DNA from: the human T2T-CHM13v2.0 reference genome, Homo sapiens
Assembly: GCF_009914755.1 (NCBI RefSeq)
Contig: NC_060946.1
DNA: 64,000 nt
Strand: one strand, 5' to 3'
A model generated the notes under the pieces. That model was not told the DNA's origin, made no database searches, and saw only the letters and a program-made list of their open reading frames with translations. How positions within the stretch are numbered: position 1 is the first letter of the stretch; the number at the start of each line of letters is the position of its first letter. Below, piece by piece: positions 14,441-34,875 of the stretch. The position numbers were made by a program, and so were the translations under genes.

Positions 14441-14812
14441 GGCCAGGCATGGTGGCTTATGCCTGTAATCCCAATACTTTGGGAGGCCGAGGTGGGGGAT
14501 CACTGGAGTCCAGGAGTTCCAGACCAGCCAGGCCAACATGGTGAAACTCCATCTCTACTAAAAATACAAAAAAAAAAAAAAAATAGCTAGGCATGGTGGT
14601 GCCCTTCTGTAATCTCAGCTATTCAGGAGGCTGAGGCAGGGGAATAGCTTGAGCCTGAGAGGCGGAGGTTGCGGTGAGCCCAGATGGTGCCATTGCACTC
14701 CAGCCTAGATGATAGAGTGAGACTCCATCACAAAAAGGAAAAAAAAAAGGTTGTCATTCTGCAGCCCAGATCGTGCCATTGCACTCCAGCCTGGACGATA
14801 GAGTGAGACTCC
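14441..14812 (+). mobile_element. Alu with a tandemly duplicated 3' segment
   Basis: Full Alu 14441-14748, then a second copy of its 3' end (gcccagatcgtgccattgcactccagcctggacgatagagtgagactcca) at ~14764-14812, followed by a CA tract. Confidence 0.85.
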
Positions 14813-14928
14813 ACCACACACACACACAAACGCACACACACACAAAAACTAACCCCCGCCCCGCAAAAATCGAAGGTAGCCATTCTGCTGTATGATCTAT
14901 TGATACATACAGGATGACATTTGTCCTG

Positions 14929-14947
14929 TGGGCACCAGGGGGCACTG
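14929..14947 (+). promoter_or_regulatory. Putative CTCF site
   Basis: TGGGCACCAGGGGGCACTG, about 350 nt upstream of the IGLV3-32 ATG. Confidence 0.55.
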
Positions 14948-15296
14948 TGACCCCTGGTTTGGGACACTAATGGCTCCAAGTCCCTGGTAGTACTTGAGTC
15001 ATTTCCTTTCTGGCCCCTTCTATTGAGTGGAATCCTGAAACCCACCTGACTCTTCTACTCTTGAAAAATTACGCAGAGAATGTCCTCAGACATAGGGTCA
15101 GACAAGAACTTCGACATACATTTTAAAGAATGGAGAGCAGATTTACATCCGCTGCTTAACAGGGAACCAACTAACAAAGAATTAAGAATAAAGGAAGTAG
15201 AGTTGCATGAAGAGACTCCCCTTTCTATGATAAGAAAGGCCTGAAGGTCCCTTCCCAGCTGTGGACTCAGAGGCAGAGCTCTGGGGCATTTCCATT

Positions 15297-15786
15297 ATGG
15301 CCTGGACCCCTCCCCTGCTCGTCCTCACTCTCTGCACAGGTGCTGCCTCCCAGGGCTCAGCCCCCAGTGGGATCAAGATCAGCCTGGCCCTGACCTTCAA
15401 CTCAACATAGGGAGTGATGCAGGGTGTGGGGTTCTGGGAATGAGGCCCTCATCCTCAGACTCACCTCTCCTGTCCTCTCTTGTGGGCTCCGTTATTTCCT
15501 CTGGGCCAACTCAGGTGCCTGCAGTGTCTGTGGCCTTGGGACAAATGGCCAGGATCACCTGCCAGGGAGACAGCATGGAAGGCTCTTATGAACACTGGTA
15601 CCAGCAGAAGCCAGGCCAGGCCCCCGTGCTGGTCATCTATGATAGCAGTGACCGGCCCTCAAGGATCCCTGAGCGATTCTCTGGCTCCAAATCAGGCAAC
15701 ACAACCACCCTGACCATCACTGGGGCCCAGGCTGAGGATGAGGCTGATTATTACTATCAGTTGATAGACAACCATGCTACTCAACT
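15297..15786 (+). pseudogene. IGLV3-32: Ig lambda variable 3-32 (non-functional)
   Basis: Leader 15297-15339 ([14 protein letters not shown]). The splice acceptor reads TGG instead of CAG (15483-15485). V region 15497-15786 [40 protein letters not shown]...[11 protein letters not shown] has the 2nd conserved Cys replaced by Tyr (TAT 15755-15757). Octamer decayed to AGTTGCAT (15201-15208). Confidence 0.93.
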
Positions 15787-15825
15787 CACAGTGACACAGG
15801 CAGATGGAAAAGTGAGACACAAACC
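15787..15825 (+). other. Intact 23-RSS of IGLV3-32
   Basis: CACAGTG 15787-15793, 23-nt spacer, ACACAAACC 15817-15825. Confidence 0.9.
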
Positions 15826-16829
15826 CTTTTTCTGTCTGTGTCACTCACTTCCTCCGGCCCCAGCAGGACTGTGGACACAGCCATGGGCAGGTCTGGCTCA
15901 GTTTTCCTGGATCTGAGACCCCAGGGTGCCCTGACCTCCAAGCCCTCCAGGGAGACTCTGAAGAGAGTGGGTTAGGTCAGGAGAGGACTTGGGGCTGGCA
16001 GGACCAGACTGTCCTGGTATTGTCCAGAGTGGCTGTGTCTTGGCTTAAGATGACCTGAGTGTAAGGATAGTCAGAGGGAGACAGCCATTGAGTGGTAATG
16101 GTCCCTGGATTTCCTTCTGTATGGTGACTGGACCTAAGGCAGTGCTGCTTTTCTGTGGCCCAAATGCCCCAGATCATTCTGAACTTCTCAGGTTTAACTG
16201 AGACCCTCAAGCCCCAGCTCCATGACATCCTCATATTCTGAACAGGGAGGGCCACCACAATGGGCAGTGTGGTGTCCATCAAGATTCCCCTTTCAGGGCT
16301 CACCCATCCACCATACACCCAAAGCTGCTGGGAGGCCCTGGCTTCTCACAGCTGCTCCCCACCGGAAAATGCCATTGATTGCAAAGAATGGCCTCCCCCA
16401 AAAGTTTGCCCATGTCAGAGCGTGGCTCAGGTGCAATGACTGCTTGATGCCTCAATCCCAAAGTCAGGCCTTAATTTAGGATGGCCTTGAAGTGTGTTGC
16501 AGCTGAGCACTCAATTGTAACACATTCCCACTCATGCCTCCCATACTTCTTTCCTGAGAATATATCCCTAAACCTCACTGCATGGAATTCCCCCTCTCAG
16601 AGTAGGAGTCTGGGGAATTAAAAGATTTAAAAACAAACCAAAACAGTCCAAAGGGAAGAGTAACAAAGAGGAGAGAGTTGCACAGAGAGAGGACTCTGGA
16701 GTCTGCAAATGTTCGTGAGCACCGATGAGCACATATGTGGGAGGAAACAACCTCTGGAAGAGAAAAGAACCATCCAAAGACACTTGAGAGAACACTCCAG
16801 AGCGTGTGTGCACGCACACACACACACAC

Positions 16830-18440
<1,611 letters not shown>

Positions 18441-19043
18441 GTCACATCAAATGTTTTCATGTAGGGAAACATTACTGTTTGTGATTTTCCAGACTTGCTA
18501 GAGCATCATAAAAAGTAAGATTTGTGGTGCCGATATTGGAGGGGGTGTTATTCTGTGCAAAAAACCTGGATATCCCATATCCAACTGTGAAGATACTTAC
18601 TGATAAATGCTAAAAAATTGCAATATTGTGTGTCCAAATGTTCTGGGGGTCAGGAGTGGGGTCTCACACGGGAAAGGATTCAGTCAAAGAGAAAAATAGA
18701 GAGGCTAGAACATAGAGGAAAACATAATATGTCTGGAAATAAGGAGTCCAAACTAATTGGAGCTGAGTGATAACAAAAGAACAATGGCATGAACCATCTA
18801 TTTCTCTCTGGAAATCTCATTGATATATTGTGCTCTCTCCAGGGCTATGCCCAGCTAGATTATAAAATTGTCTGTTCCTGAAACGTTTCTTGCGTATATG
18901 ACAGGGCCTAACACTGGAATCAAGCTCAGGTTGATGAGGGCAGGGCAGTTAAGCACCCGACCCTGGTGGCCTGTGAAATACTTGGGGGAGACAGGGGTTT
19001 GTTGTCTAAAGCAGAGGAAGTGAGATTTTCCACTGTGGCTTAG

Positions 19044-19209
19044 ACCAGAGCTTCTGAAATTCCAGTGAGCAAACAAATCCCCTGTGGAGTCTGTTTAAGA
19101 TGCAGATGCAGCCTCAGCAGGTCTGCGTGGGGCCCCAGAGTCTCTATGTCCAGCAGCTCCCAGGTGAGGCTCATGCTGCTTGTCCTCCAAGAACCACACT
19201 TTGAGTGGC
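19044..19209. mobile_element. MER5A-like hAT DNA transposon fossil
   Basis: caggtctgcgtggggccccagag...cagctcccaggtga...gctgct...accacactttgagtggc. Confidence 0.6.
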
Positions 19210-19223
19210 TTAACTCCTATTCG

Positions 19224-19250
19224 CCCTCCTCACTCAAGCACAGGTGAGAC
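19224..19250 (+). pseudogene. Isolated IGLV2-like leader-exon 3' remnant
   Basis: CCCTCCTCACTCAAGCACAG|GTGAGA versus IGLV2-33 CCCTCCTCACTCAGGGCACAG|GTGACA; occupies the position paralogous to the relic at 33.6 kb. No V exon is recognisable downstream. Confidence 0.45.
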
Positions 19251-20249
19251 TCTGCCAAGGAAGGCACTGTCTGAGAAGCAAAGGTGACCTTCTGTCCTTC
19301 CTCCCCTGGTGTTTTAGTCCATGTTCTATTGCCATAAAGGAATATCTGAGGCAGAGAAATTTATAAATTTTAAGAAAGATTTCTTTGGCTGAAGCTTCTG
19401 ATGGCCGGAAGTTCAAGAGTGGGCATCTGCATCTGGTGAGGGCCTCAGGTTGCTTCCACTCATGGCAGAAGATGAAGGGGAGCCAGTGCGTACAGAGACC
19501 AATGGGAGAGAGGAAGCAAGTCTTTTCCTAACAAGAATGCAGGGATGTAATTTAATCATATTTATAAAGTGTTTGACATAGAGCCTGACACACCCAGGTA
19601 CTCCTAGTTGGCAGCAATTATTACTGTCGTCGCACATGAAAATTGGACCTGGGATGGAGGAAAGGCAGCGCAAACCCTCTGTTTGGGACAAGAGAGACTT
19701 AAATAATTTAAAATTGAGGCATAGGAGATAAGGAGAGTATCCCTGGGTGTTCTCCTGCCAATTCTCTCAGCATCTCGGAAACTGTTTCAAGGTGATGAAG
19801 TCAACCAGAGAGGGAAGCGGAGGAGTTTGTAGAACCAAGGGTTGCAACTTCATCCATGAGGAGGAGGTGTAGTCAGGGGATTGGGAAGAGGTGGCTGAGC
19901 TCATCTGAAGGGTGTCTAAGGTTTTCTGGCCCCCATGTCCTGGCCCATCCCTCCCTGCCCAGGGTCTCACCCCTCACCTGACAGCCCAGAGCTGGAGAGT
20001 GGCCTATGATTCTGATTAGAGACCCCACCAAAGCCCAGAGGGGAAGACATGGGTGGGAGGCGTCACAGAAGACAGTTTTCTGCCTGTGGTGTTGGGGCAG
20101 TTTCCTGGAAAGGAAATTCAGACACTGTAGGGGAGAAGAAAACACAGGAGAGGAAGGCCCCTCCCCAGGGGATTGTGGCGTTAGAGACCAAAGCATCTTC
20201 AAGAAGCCCAGCCCTGCAGGAGGTTCCCTGAGCCCAGAGTTCCTAGAGC

Positions 20250-21226
<977 letters not shown>

Positions 21227-22605
21227 TTATCCTCTGCTTTTTAAGTAGAAGCTTCCTTACCCTCCTCATCATCCTGAGTAGATGCCTAGGCTGGTTTCAG
21301 AGAAATCAAACCAGGGTGGATTATGAGTTATATTAGCCACCAGCTGTCAATATTCTCTGAATGCCCAGCATCCATCCATGCTCTCTGACCATCACCAGAG
21401 TGAGCAAATCTCTGACATGTGGATAAGAGTTTCTTCCATGGGCTCCCAGCCAGGCTGTAAGTGAGACCAGAATACCCTTCCTTCAGTGCATGGGGCTCAG
21501 TGCAGCTGCCTCCCTGACAGTCTCCCTGGGACATTAAGCTTGTCAGCTTCTCTCTTCCAAATGCAGGTCTGGTTGTCCTAAGCCCAGCTCAGCGCTGCTG
21601 TGGACTTTGCATCCTAAAAACATTATCAACTCTGCCTTGTGCCTCAGTGGACTGGCCTGGAGGAAACAATATGAGGTGTCCTGGCTCTTTCCACCCCCAG
21701 CGTCTCTCTCCCTCAGTGGTACCAGTACGGTCCTCATGACGGTTCATCTATACCTGCCAGTCTAGGCCTCCACACTGCCGACTGTGGATGGTCACAGAAC
21801 CCAAAATGCTAATCAGCCTTAAGCAGATCATGCTAATAGTTTCTGCAGATCTGGGTGCCTCATCCCAGATCTAGGAGTTCACAAGCTAGGCCAGCTCCAG
21901 GGAGATAACATGTATCACAGAGTCTGGACACGACAAAGTGGCTTTGCTGTATTTTTGCTGGGACACATGATGGTGATATCAATAAGAACTGGCTCAGGTC
22001 CCTGCAGTTTAAGGCCCATTGAACAGGAAAGCAGCCAGGAGAATGTGCTGCCTTTTGACCTGTACACAAATCAGTGCCATGTGCCGACTGTGTGTGAATA
22101 TCTGTGCCTGTGTGTATATTTGTGTACATGTGTGTATGTATGTGTACGTGTCCAAGTTGGTGTTGCAAGGAAGTGTTCCTACTGTCAAATGTTTCAAACT
22201 CAAATCTTTTCTGTTTTCCTAACTTACCTGCTTCTTCTATCTCTAGTGCCTTTGTTCTGCACTAAGAATAAGGATGAAGATTAGGGTAGTAATACTAGCA
22301 GGAGGAGTAAAGATTCATATGTGTTTAATACATATCAAGCAGTCTTCCAAGTACTTCATATTTATTAATTCCCTTCATCTCAACAACTCTATGAGTTGTT
22401 CATTATCCCTCCATTTTACAGTTGGGAAATCTATGATACATAGATTTTGAGAAATGGGAAAACTAATGCAGAGAAAAGAAGAATAACATGCCTGATGTCA
22501 GAACTAGAAAGTGGCTGACCCAGGAGTAGAATCTCAGGTCTTCTGGCCCCAGAAAACCTGTTCTTAGGCACCATCCTGTCGCCTGTCATTGCATCAATGT
22601 GGTAA

Positions 22606-22955
<350 letters not shown>

Positions 22956-25325
22956 TTACTTTTTAAAAGTATCATATTGTGACTTTGAGTGCACCAGCAG
23001 TGCTCTAGTGCTGGTCTATTAGAAATGTAATTTTAAGAATATATATATATAATATACAATTTTTTAGTGGCCACATTTAAAAGGTAAAAGAAACAGGTGG
23101 AATTTATGTTCATAATATATTGTGTTTAAATGATTTATCCAAAATATTATTTCAGCATGCATTCAGTATTAAAATATTGAGATATTTATTTTATTTTTGT
23201 ACTAATTCTTTGAAATCTGGTGTGTTTTACTCCTACAGCACATCTTACCTCAGACTACCCATGTTTCCAGGGCTCAGTAGCTCCCTGGGACTCATGGCCG
23301 CCATATTGGACACAGCAAGTCCAGATGGATAAAGGTCCATTTGGGTCACAGCCCCTGCAGTACATACTGACAGCTACCTGGGAAGAATGGAGAGTTCCAT
23401 GACCCAAAGGGCCTCCTGAGGGAGGAATGGCAGCTCTACTTTCCAGCCAAAGCAGGAATATTGAGGGCACTAAGAAACAAGGGAATTTTTACAGTGTGTT
23501 TCACACTTCTTCCCTTCTCAAAGACATTAAATATAACTTCAATTTTAAAGGTGAACCTCGGCCATCAAAGGCATGTTTTCTATTGGTCTCTTTCCGGTGG
23601 AATGAATGGCAATGATCCCTGTAAATTGTGCTCCAAGGATCCCTTTCAGTGGGAAGATTCTTGTGATAAGCCCAATAACAAGTAAGAAAGCAATTTTTTA
23701 TACATAGATCTAGAACAAAAAGGGCTCATGATGAAGAATATTTTATTGAAGCTTAGTGTATTGCTATTTTTCATAAATTGCTGTTTTTGCCTATCCCACA
23801 AGCACTGATCACTTTTATGAAGGTACATTCTCCAAGGGTCGTCTTAGCATGTCAGGACCCACAAGCAAAGGTGTTACAAGTGACCTGCACGAGTGGCCAG
23901 CAGGACACCTGGAGGAGCCCAGTGAGATGAGGAGTGGATGCGCATCAGGTGGGAAGGCATGGAGAAGCTGTGTGCCACACACTCACCAAGGACAGGAGCG
24001 GGCGTATTTGTGGCCTGTGGCCTAATCTTAGGTCAGTTACCTCTTTAGACTAAATCCCAAGGAGTCAGCACATGGAGGTTTCGGTCCGTGCACATGGCAC
24101 CTACAGGGCTTCACATGACGTTGCTAATTACAATGCAGCGGCACTTACAAAGGAATTAGTTTCATCACATCCTCAGCAGAACTAGGTCTAAAAACCAATA
24201 TATATGTATAGGATATCAGGTGAGAAATACTTTCTTGCCAATCATGTGTATTAACGTTAAAGTGGTTCAGTATCTAGTGTGACAGTTGTTCAGGCTTAGT
24301 GGCCTTGACCACGTCAAAAATGGAATCCTGATCCTAACTTGTCTAGAGATTAGCCTGGCACAAGGAGCATGACCAGGCATCTGGATGTCCCCAGTGTCAC
24401 TGCAGACACATGCTCCTTTTTCATCTGCCAGAGGGAGCATTAGGATGTCCTCACCTCTGTCCCCAGAACTCAGGAAGGGCAGTACACCTGACTAAAGAGT
24501 AGAGGGTTGTGAAAAGAGGGACCTAGGGCACTGGATAAGCAGGAGGAGAAGGAGCACTGGGTGGGAGGTAGAGAAAGGAGGGGGCTGAATGGTTAGGCTC
24601 TGAGGTGTGTCTCCTGGATGGAGTCTTGGATTCCACTCACTACCATCTGAGAACTTTGAGAAAACCGTGTAACCTCCTGATGTTGGGTCTCTTGTCAGTA
24701 GACATCAGTGCTTTCCTGATGTATAGGGTTACTGTAGAATTATAATGAATGCCTGGTTGAGGTGACATGTCTAATACACCCTCCAAAGCATCAGGCATAT
24801 ATTAAGTACTCATAAGCAGGCATTCTGTGTGAACTAGTCATACATGGAAGATGACATTCCCCGTGTGGGCACAGTAGGATGCTGTGGACTTTGGTTTGGG
24901 GACCCTAATAACTTCAAGTCCCCTGGTAGCACCCAAGTGTAAAAGGCAAAGGGCATGACTGGTGCTTCCTGTGAGGCCTCTTCTATTTGGTAAAATTCAC
25001 TCTCCACTCATCGCACCCACCTGGCCTTTATTCTAAACTTGGAAAATTGCTAACATGAAGGTCTCAGCCTCAGGGCTCAGATAAGAACTCAGACACATCA
25101 ATAGAGAGGATGGCTGAGGTGCTTGGCCGAGCTCAGTGAACACCCCAGAACAGGAACTGAGGAGTGTATGCATGTGTTGGGGGCAGCACTTTCTCACTCA
25201 TCCAGAAAGTGTGAGGAATCTGTACAGAACTGGGGACAGGGCCCATTTTTATACCCTCTATAAGCCCAGCCCTTGTCTGCTCACTAGGGAGCCATTCACC
25301 AAGGCCACAGGAGGGAAGGAAGTAG

Positions 25326-25333
25326 ATTTGCAT
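25326..25333 (+). promoter_or_regulatory. IGLV3-31 octamer
   Basis: ATTTGCAT about 95 nt upstream of the leader ATG at 25422. Confidence 0.85.
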
Positions 25334-25421
25334 GAAGAGCATCCCCTTCCTATGTTAAGAGAGGCCTGGAGGCCCCTTCCCAGCTGTGGACTCAGAGGCA
25401 GAGCTCTGGGGCATGTCCACC

Positions 25422-25914
25422 ATGGCCTGGACCCCTCCCCTGCTCACCCTCCTCACTCTCTGCACAGGTGCTGCCTCCTAGGGCTCAGCCCCCACAGGAC
25501 CAAGAATCAGCCTGGCCCTGACATTCAGCTCAGCACAGGGAGTAATGCAGGGTGTGGGGCTCTGGAAATGAGACCCTTATCTTCAGACTCACCTCTTCTC
25601 TCTTCTCTTGCAGGCTCCGTGGTTTCCTCTGAGCTGAGTCAGGAGCCTGCAGTGTCTGTGGCCTTGGGATAGACAGCCAGGATCACCTGCCAGGGAGACA
25701 GCATAGAAGACTCCGTTGTAAACTGGTACAAGCAGAAGCCAAGCCAGGCCCCTGGGCTGGTCATCTAACTTAACAGTGTCCAGTCTTCAGGGATTCCTAA
25801 GAAATTCTCTGGCTCCAGCTCAGGGAACATGGCCACCCTGACCATCACTGGGATTCAGGTTGAAGACAAGGCTGACTATTACTGTCAGTCATGGGACAGC
25901 AGTCGTACTCATTC
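25422..25914 (+). pseudogene. IGLV3-31: Ig lambda variable 3-31 pseudogene
   Basis: Leader 25422-25467, intron 25468-25613, V exon 25614-25914 reading [54 protein letters not shown]...[13 protein letters not shown]. Stops TAG 25670-25672 and TAA 25766-25768. Confidence 0.93.
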
Positions 25915-25953
25915 CGCGGTGACACAGGCAGAAGGGGAAGTGAGACAAAAACC
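25915..25953 (+). other. Degenerate V-RSS of IGLV3-31
   Basis: CGCGGTG 25915-25921 (heptamer mutated), 23-nt spacer, perfect nonamer ACAAAAACC 25945-25953. Confidence 0.85.
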
Positions 25954-26129
25954 TTTTCTCCATCTGTCACACTCTTTCTTCAGCTCCAGGAAAAAACTGT
26001 GGACAAATTCATGAGCAGGTCTTGCCCTGTTCACCCAGATATGAGACCTTGAGGCTGCCCTTCCCTCCAGGTCTCCAGGTAGGCTATGAAAAGGGTGAAT
26101 CAGGAGTCAATACACACACAATTATTATA

Positions 26130-28620
<2,491 letters not shown>

Positions 28621-28694
28621 GTACAAATTAAGGACAATTCCCCCCACTCCCAAGTCTGTTTCACAAAGCAGTACAAAGAAGGATTCACAGTAAA

Positions 28695-28989
<295 letters not shown>

Positions 28990-29993
28990 TAACACACAGT
29001 TATAGAAATATGCATCACCTCTCCCATCACCCTTTCCTCTCTCTGGCTTCCAAAACCTTGGTTCTGGTACCAGAGCTGAGGGAAAACATTCCACAGAAAT
29101 ATTAAATCAAGGTGAAGAAGGGAGATTCTCAAGATGTAAGTAAAAGGCAAATGAGGGAATGGAAGTCGCAATGCCCTTGCATGCATAAGGACAGCTCCTG
29201 CATGAGAATGTTGTTTGAAACATTACCGAGGAATTGGTGTCCATGTTCATGCAGGACATAGGTCTATAGGATATTTTTGTCATTCCTTTGTCGGGCTCTG
29301 GTATCAGAGTAATTCAGGCCTCAAATAGGTAGTAGGGAAATGTTTGCTTCTCCTCTATATTCTGAAGGAGATTGTGTATGATTGGTGTCATTTCTTCCAT
29401 AAAAACTTGATAGAATTTACCAGTAAAGTCATTTGTACTAGGTGGGCTTTTCTTAGCAGGAAGATTTTAAATTGCTAATTCAATATATTTATGTGTCATA
29501 GATCTATTCAGATTTTCTCCTTTATGAATCGATTTTGATAATTTATGTATTTCCAGATACTTATCCACTTCATTTAAGTCATCCATAATTTTGGCATTTA
29601 TTGTTCGCATTATTCCCTATAACCATTGTACCTTTTGTAAGGTCAGTGGTGATGTCACTCTTTAAGTCATGGTTTTGACAATTTGGGTCAGGAGAAGATT
29701 TGGAGGAGGAGAGAACAAGGTTGTCTTGATGTTGTCTTGGCTGGAGTGTGACTTGGAGAAAAATGACTTGAATGAAAATACAGTCAGAGGGAGATATCTG
29801 TCAAGTGGTTCTGGTGCCTGGATTTCCACATGTGTGGTGACAGAGCCCAGCCCAGTGCTCTACTCATGCCCAGATGTCCTGGATTATTCCCCTGAAATAC
29901 TCAGGTGAAGCTCCAGCTACACCATGGCATCCTGATATTTTAAACAGAGAAGACCAGTGTCATGGGCACTGGTGATCTGCTCCTCAGGGCAGA

Positions 29994-30165
29994 CTCACTA
30001 ACCGTGGCAGCTGGGAATCCCAGGGGCCTCACAGCTCTCACTAACCGTGGCAGCTGGGAATCCCAGGGCCCTCACAGCTCTCACTAACCGTGGCAGCTGG
30101 GAATCCCAGGGCCCTCACAGCTCTCACTAACCGTGGCAGCTGGGAATCCCAGGGCCCTCACAGCT
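29994..30165 (+). repeat. 43-bp minisatellite, 4 near-perfect copies
   Basis: Unit CTCACTAACCGTGGCAGCTGGGAATCCCAGGGCCCTCACAGCT starts at 29994, 30037, 30080 and 30123; copy 1 differs by one base. Confidence 0.95.
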
Positions 30166-30664
30166 CTTTTCTCCCTCAAATTGCTGCTGGCTACAGAGAA
30201 CTGCCTCCACCAAGGGCATGCCCCTTTCACAGTGTGGCTCAGGCCTAATAACTGCATGAGACTGAAATACCAAGGCCCTGTCTCAGGTTAGGATGACCTT
30301 GCAGGGCCTCCCAGATGAGTCCTCAACTGGAGTCAGATTTCAGGCTGCCCAGTTGTGCCCCCCCATACTTCCTTCCAGAGCGAATATCTCCAAACACTAC
30401 TGTATGCAATTTTCCCTCTCAGAGTCTGATTCCAGGGAACACAAAATAGAAAACAGTCTACAAGGAAGAGTACAGAAGAAGAGAGAGCAGCACAGAGACA
30501 GGACTCTGGAATCTGCAAATATTCCTGAGCACTGATGATCCCATGAGTGGAAGGAAAATACTTAAGGCCAAGAAAAGAACCACCCAAAGACATTTGAGGG
30601 AACAATTGCAGGGCATGTGCATGCGCGTGTGTGCGCACACACACACTCACACACACACACACAC

Positions 30665-33030
<2,366 letters not shown>

Positions 33031-33574
33031 AATCACTTAAAATGTTTTCATGCAAGCAGACTTTCTTTCTTGCTGTTTTTAGGCCATCATGAGAAGTGGA
33101 GATGGCATGGGGTAGTATTTCATGCAAAGAATCTGGATATTCCATACTCAACTGTGAGGATACTTTCTGATAAATGTAAAAGATTGTAATATTACGTTTC
33201 TGTATGTTCAGAGAACACTTCCTAGACAAGATATGTGTACAGAACCGAAAGGACAATTAGGATTTTGGCAGGCATTGAGTGAGGAGTGGAGTCACTGCAA
33301 GTGTCAGTCAGAGAACAAGAAAGATGTTAGGAACCATGTATTTCTACCTGGCCATCCTACTGGGATACCATCCCCTTCCTAACACATCACCCATGTGGCT
33401 TGTAAAAATGTCCATACTTGAAACATTTTGTCCACATAATTACAGGTCTAGTGCTGGAATCAAGTTCCCTTTGATGACATCAGGACAGTTAAAGGATCTG
33501 CGTGTCTAACTGCCCCCAGGTGATGCTAACGTTGCTGCCCTCTGAGGACCACAAGCAAAGTAGCTCAGCTCCTG

Positions 33575-33912
33575 ACCTCCTGCTCCCAGCACAGGTGAGA
33601 TGCACCTCAGCTACATCTGTGAAGCCCAGGAGACTTTCTCTCCCTCCTCAGGCTCCCTGGAGTGATGACCCAGGACTCATGCCTCTGCACATTTATCCTT
33701 TCCCTCAGAGTTTGGGGCCTTATCAGTCCTGTTACATCTTCTCAGCATCTGGAACCACTGGAGAGGTGGTCACCATCTCCTGTGCTGACACAGCAGTGAC
33801 ATTGGGGGTTATAATTCTGTCTCTTGGTAACAAAAGCAACAGGGAAGAGCCCCATATGACTGAGGGGTGAGATCAGGAAAAAGCCTCAGAGATTCCAGTT
33901 CTAATCTCAGGC
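33575..33912 (+). pseudogene. Highly degenerate IGLV2-like relic, 3'-truncated
   Basis: Leader-like ...CCCAGCACAG|GTGAGA (donor 33595), 114-nt intron ending TCCCTCAG (33708), then GTCACCATCTCCTGT...CAGCAGTGACATTGGGGGTTATAATTCTGTCTCTTGGTAACAAAAGCAACAGGGAAGAGCCCCCA. This is collinear with IGLV2-34 FR1-CDR1-FR2, has stops and indels, and no RSS. Confidence 0.75.
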
Positions 33913-34475
33913 CGTTCTTTGTATTCTTTTATGAGCTAGTTAGTCAGCTGGTCAGTCAGCTGTGGCCACAAGAAGAAATGGAAGAGAGGTTCAGAAAACA
34001 GCCCTAGAGACCATAGACCCAGAGCTCTAGAGACAGCAGGCCCAATGTGCTACACAGGGCCACAGGGAAAGGCATCAGGTTCATTAGAAGACAGAAGACA
34101 GGAGGGCAGGGGATCCCTTAGACCATGACTTTTATCAGAATTTCCTCAGGAAAAGCAGGGCAAGCTAAAAAATTTATGATTGGCCAGCCTGAATAATGTC
34201 AGCAGGCTTTGGGCTACTAAGGTGGTCTCTAGCTGCTTGGTACCTGGCCCTGGGACGATAAAGGCAGAGGAATATTGTATCCTGGGATGCACAAACCAGA
34301 CAGGGGTGGTGAGGCTCTGAACACGTTAGTTTCCATATGAAAGGCAGGCTTCTGGCTGAGCCCATTGCTCTTTCAAGGAATAGAGAACTGGGGAGACCCA
34401 GGAGGGGTGGTCTTTTCCCAGACAGAAATGTTTTTTAAGATGTCAAAATATCAAAATATATAGAAAATTATATAC

Positions 34476-34775
34476 AGTTGACCCTTGAATAACATTGGTT
34501 TGAACTGCATGGGTCCATTGATTTTCTTCTGCCCCTGTCACCCCTGAGACAGCAAGATCAACCCCTCTTCTTGCTCTTCCTCTTCAGCTACTCAACCCGA
34601 ATATAAAAAAGATAAAATCCTTTATGACGATTCAGTTCCATTTAATGACTAGTAAATATATTTTCTCTTCCTTATGATTTTTAAAATAACATTTTCTGTT
34701 CTCTGGCTTACTTCATTATAAAAAATACTGTATATAATATACATAACATACACAATCTGTGTTAATTGACTGTCT
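34476..34775 (+). mobile_element. Tigger2/MER8-family DNA transposon fossil
   Basis: Begins with TA plus the TIR-like cagttgacccttgaataacattggtttgaactgc. Confidence 0.7.
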
Positions 34776-34875
34776 AAGCTAGGCCTGGCTCTGACCCTGA
34801 TCCTGGGAGACACTTTAGGCAGATTACTCTGGAAATAAGTCCCTCAGTCTCTGACCATCTCTCTCTCCTCGGCGG

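Noticed and set aside
25136-25672. 178-aa ORF spanning the IGLV3-31 promoter
   Set aside because: It reads through promoter, leader (out of frame) and intron to the pseudogene stop; not a plausible CDS.
29994-30165. CRISPR-like array
   Set aside because: The units are directly adjacent with no unique spacers and the DNA is human; this is a minisatellite.
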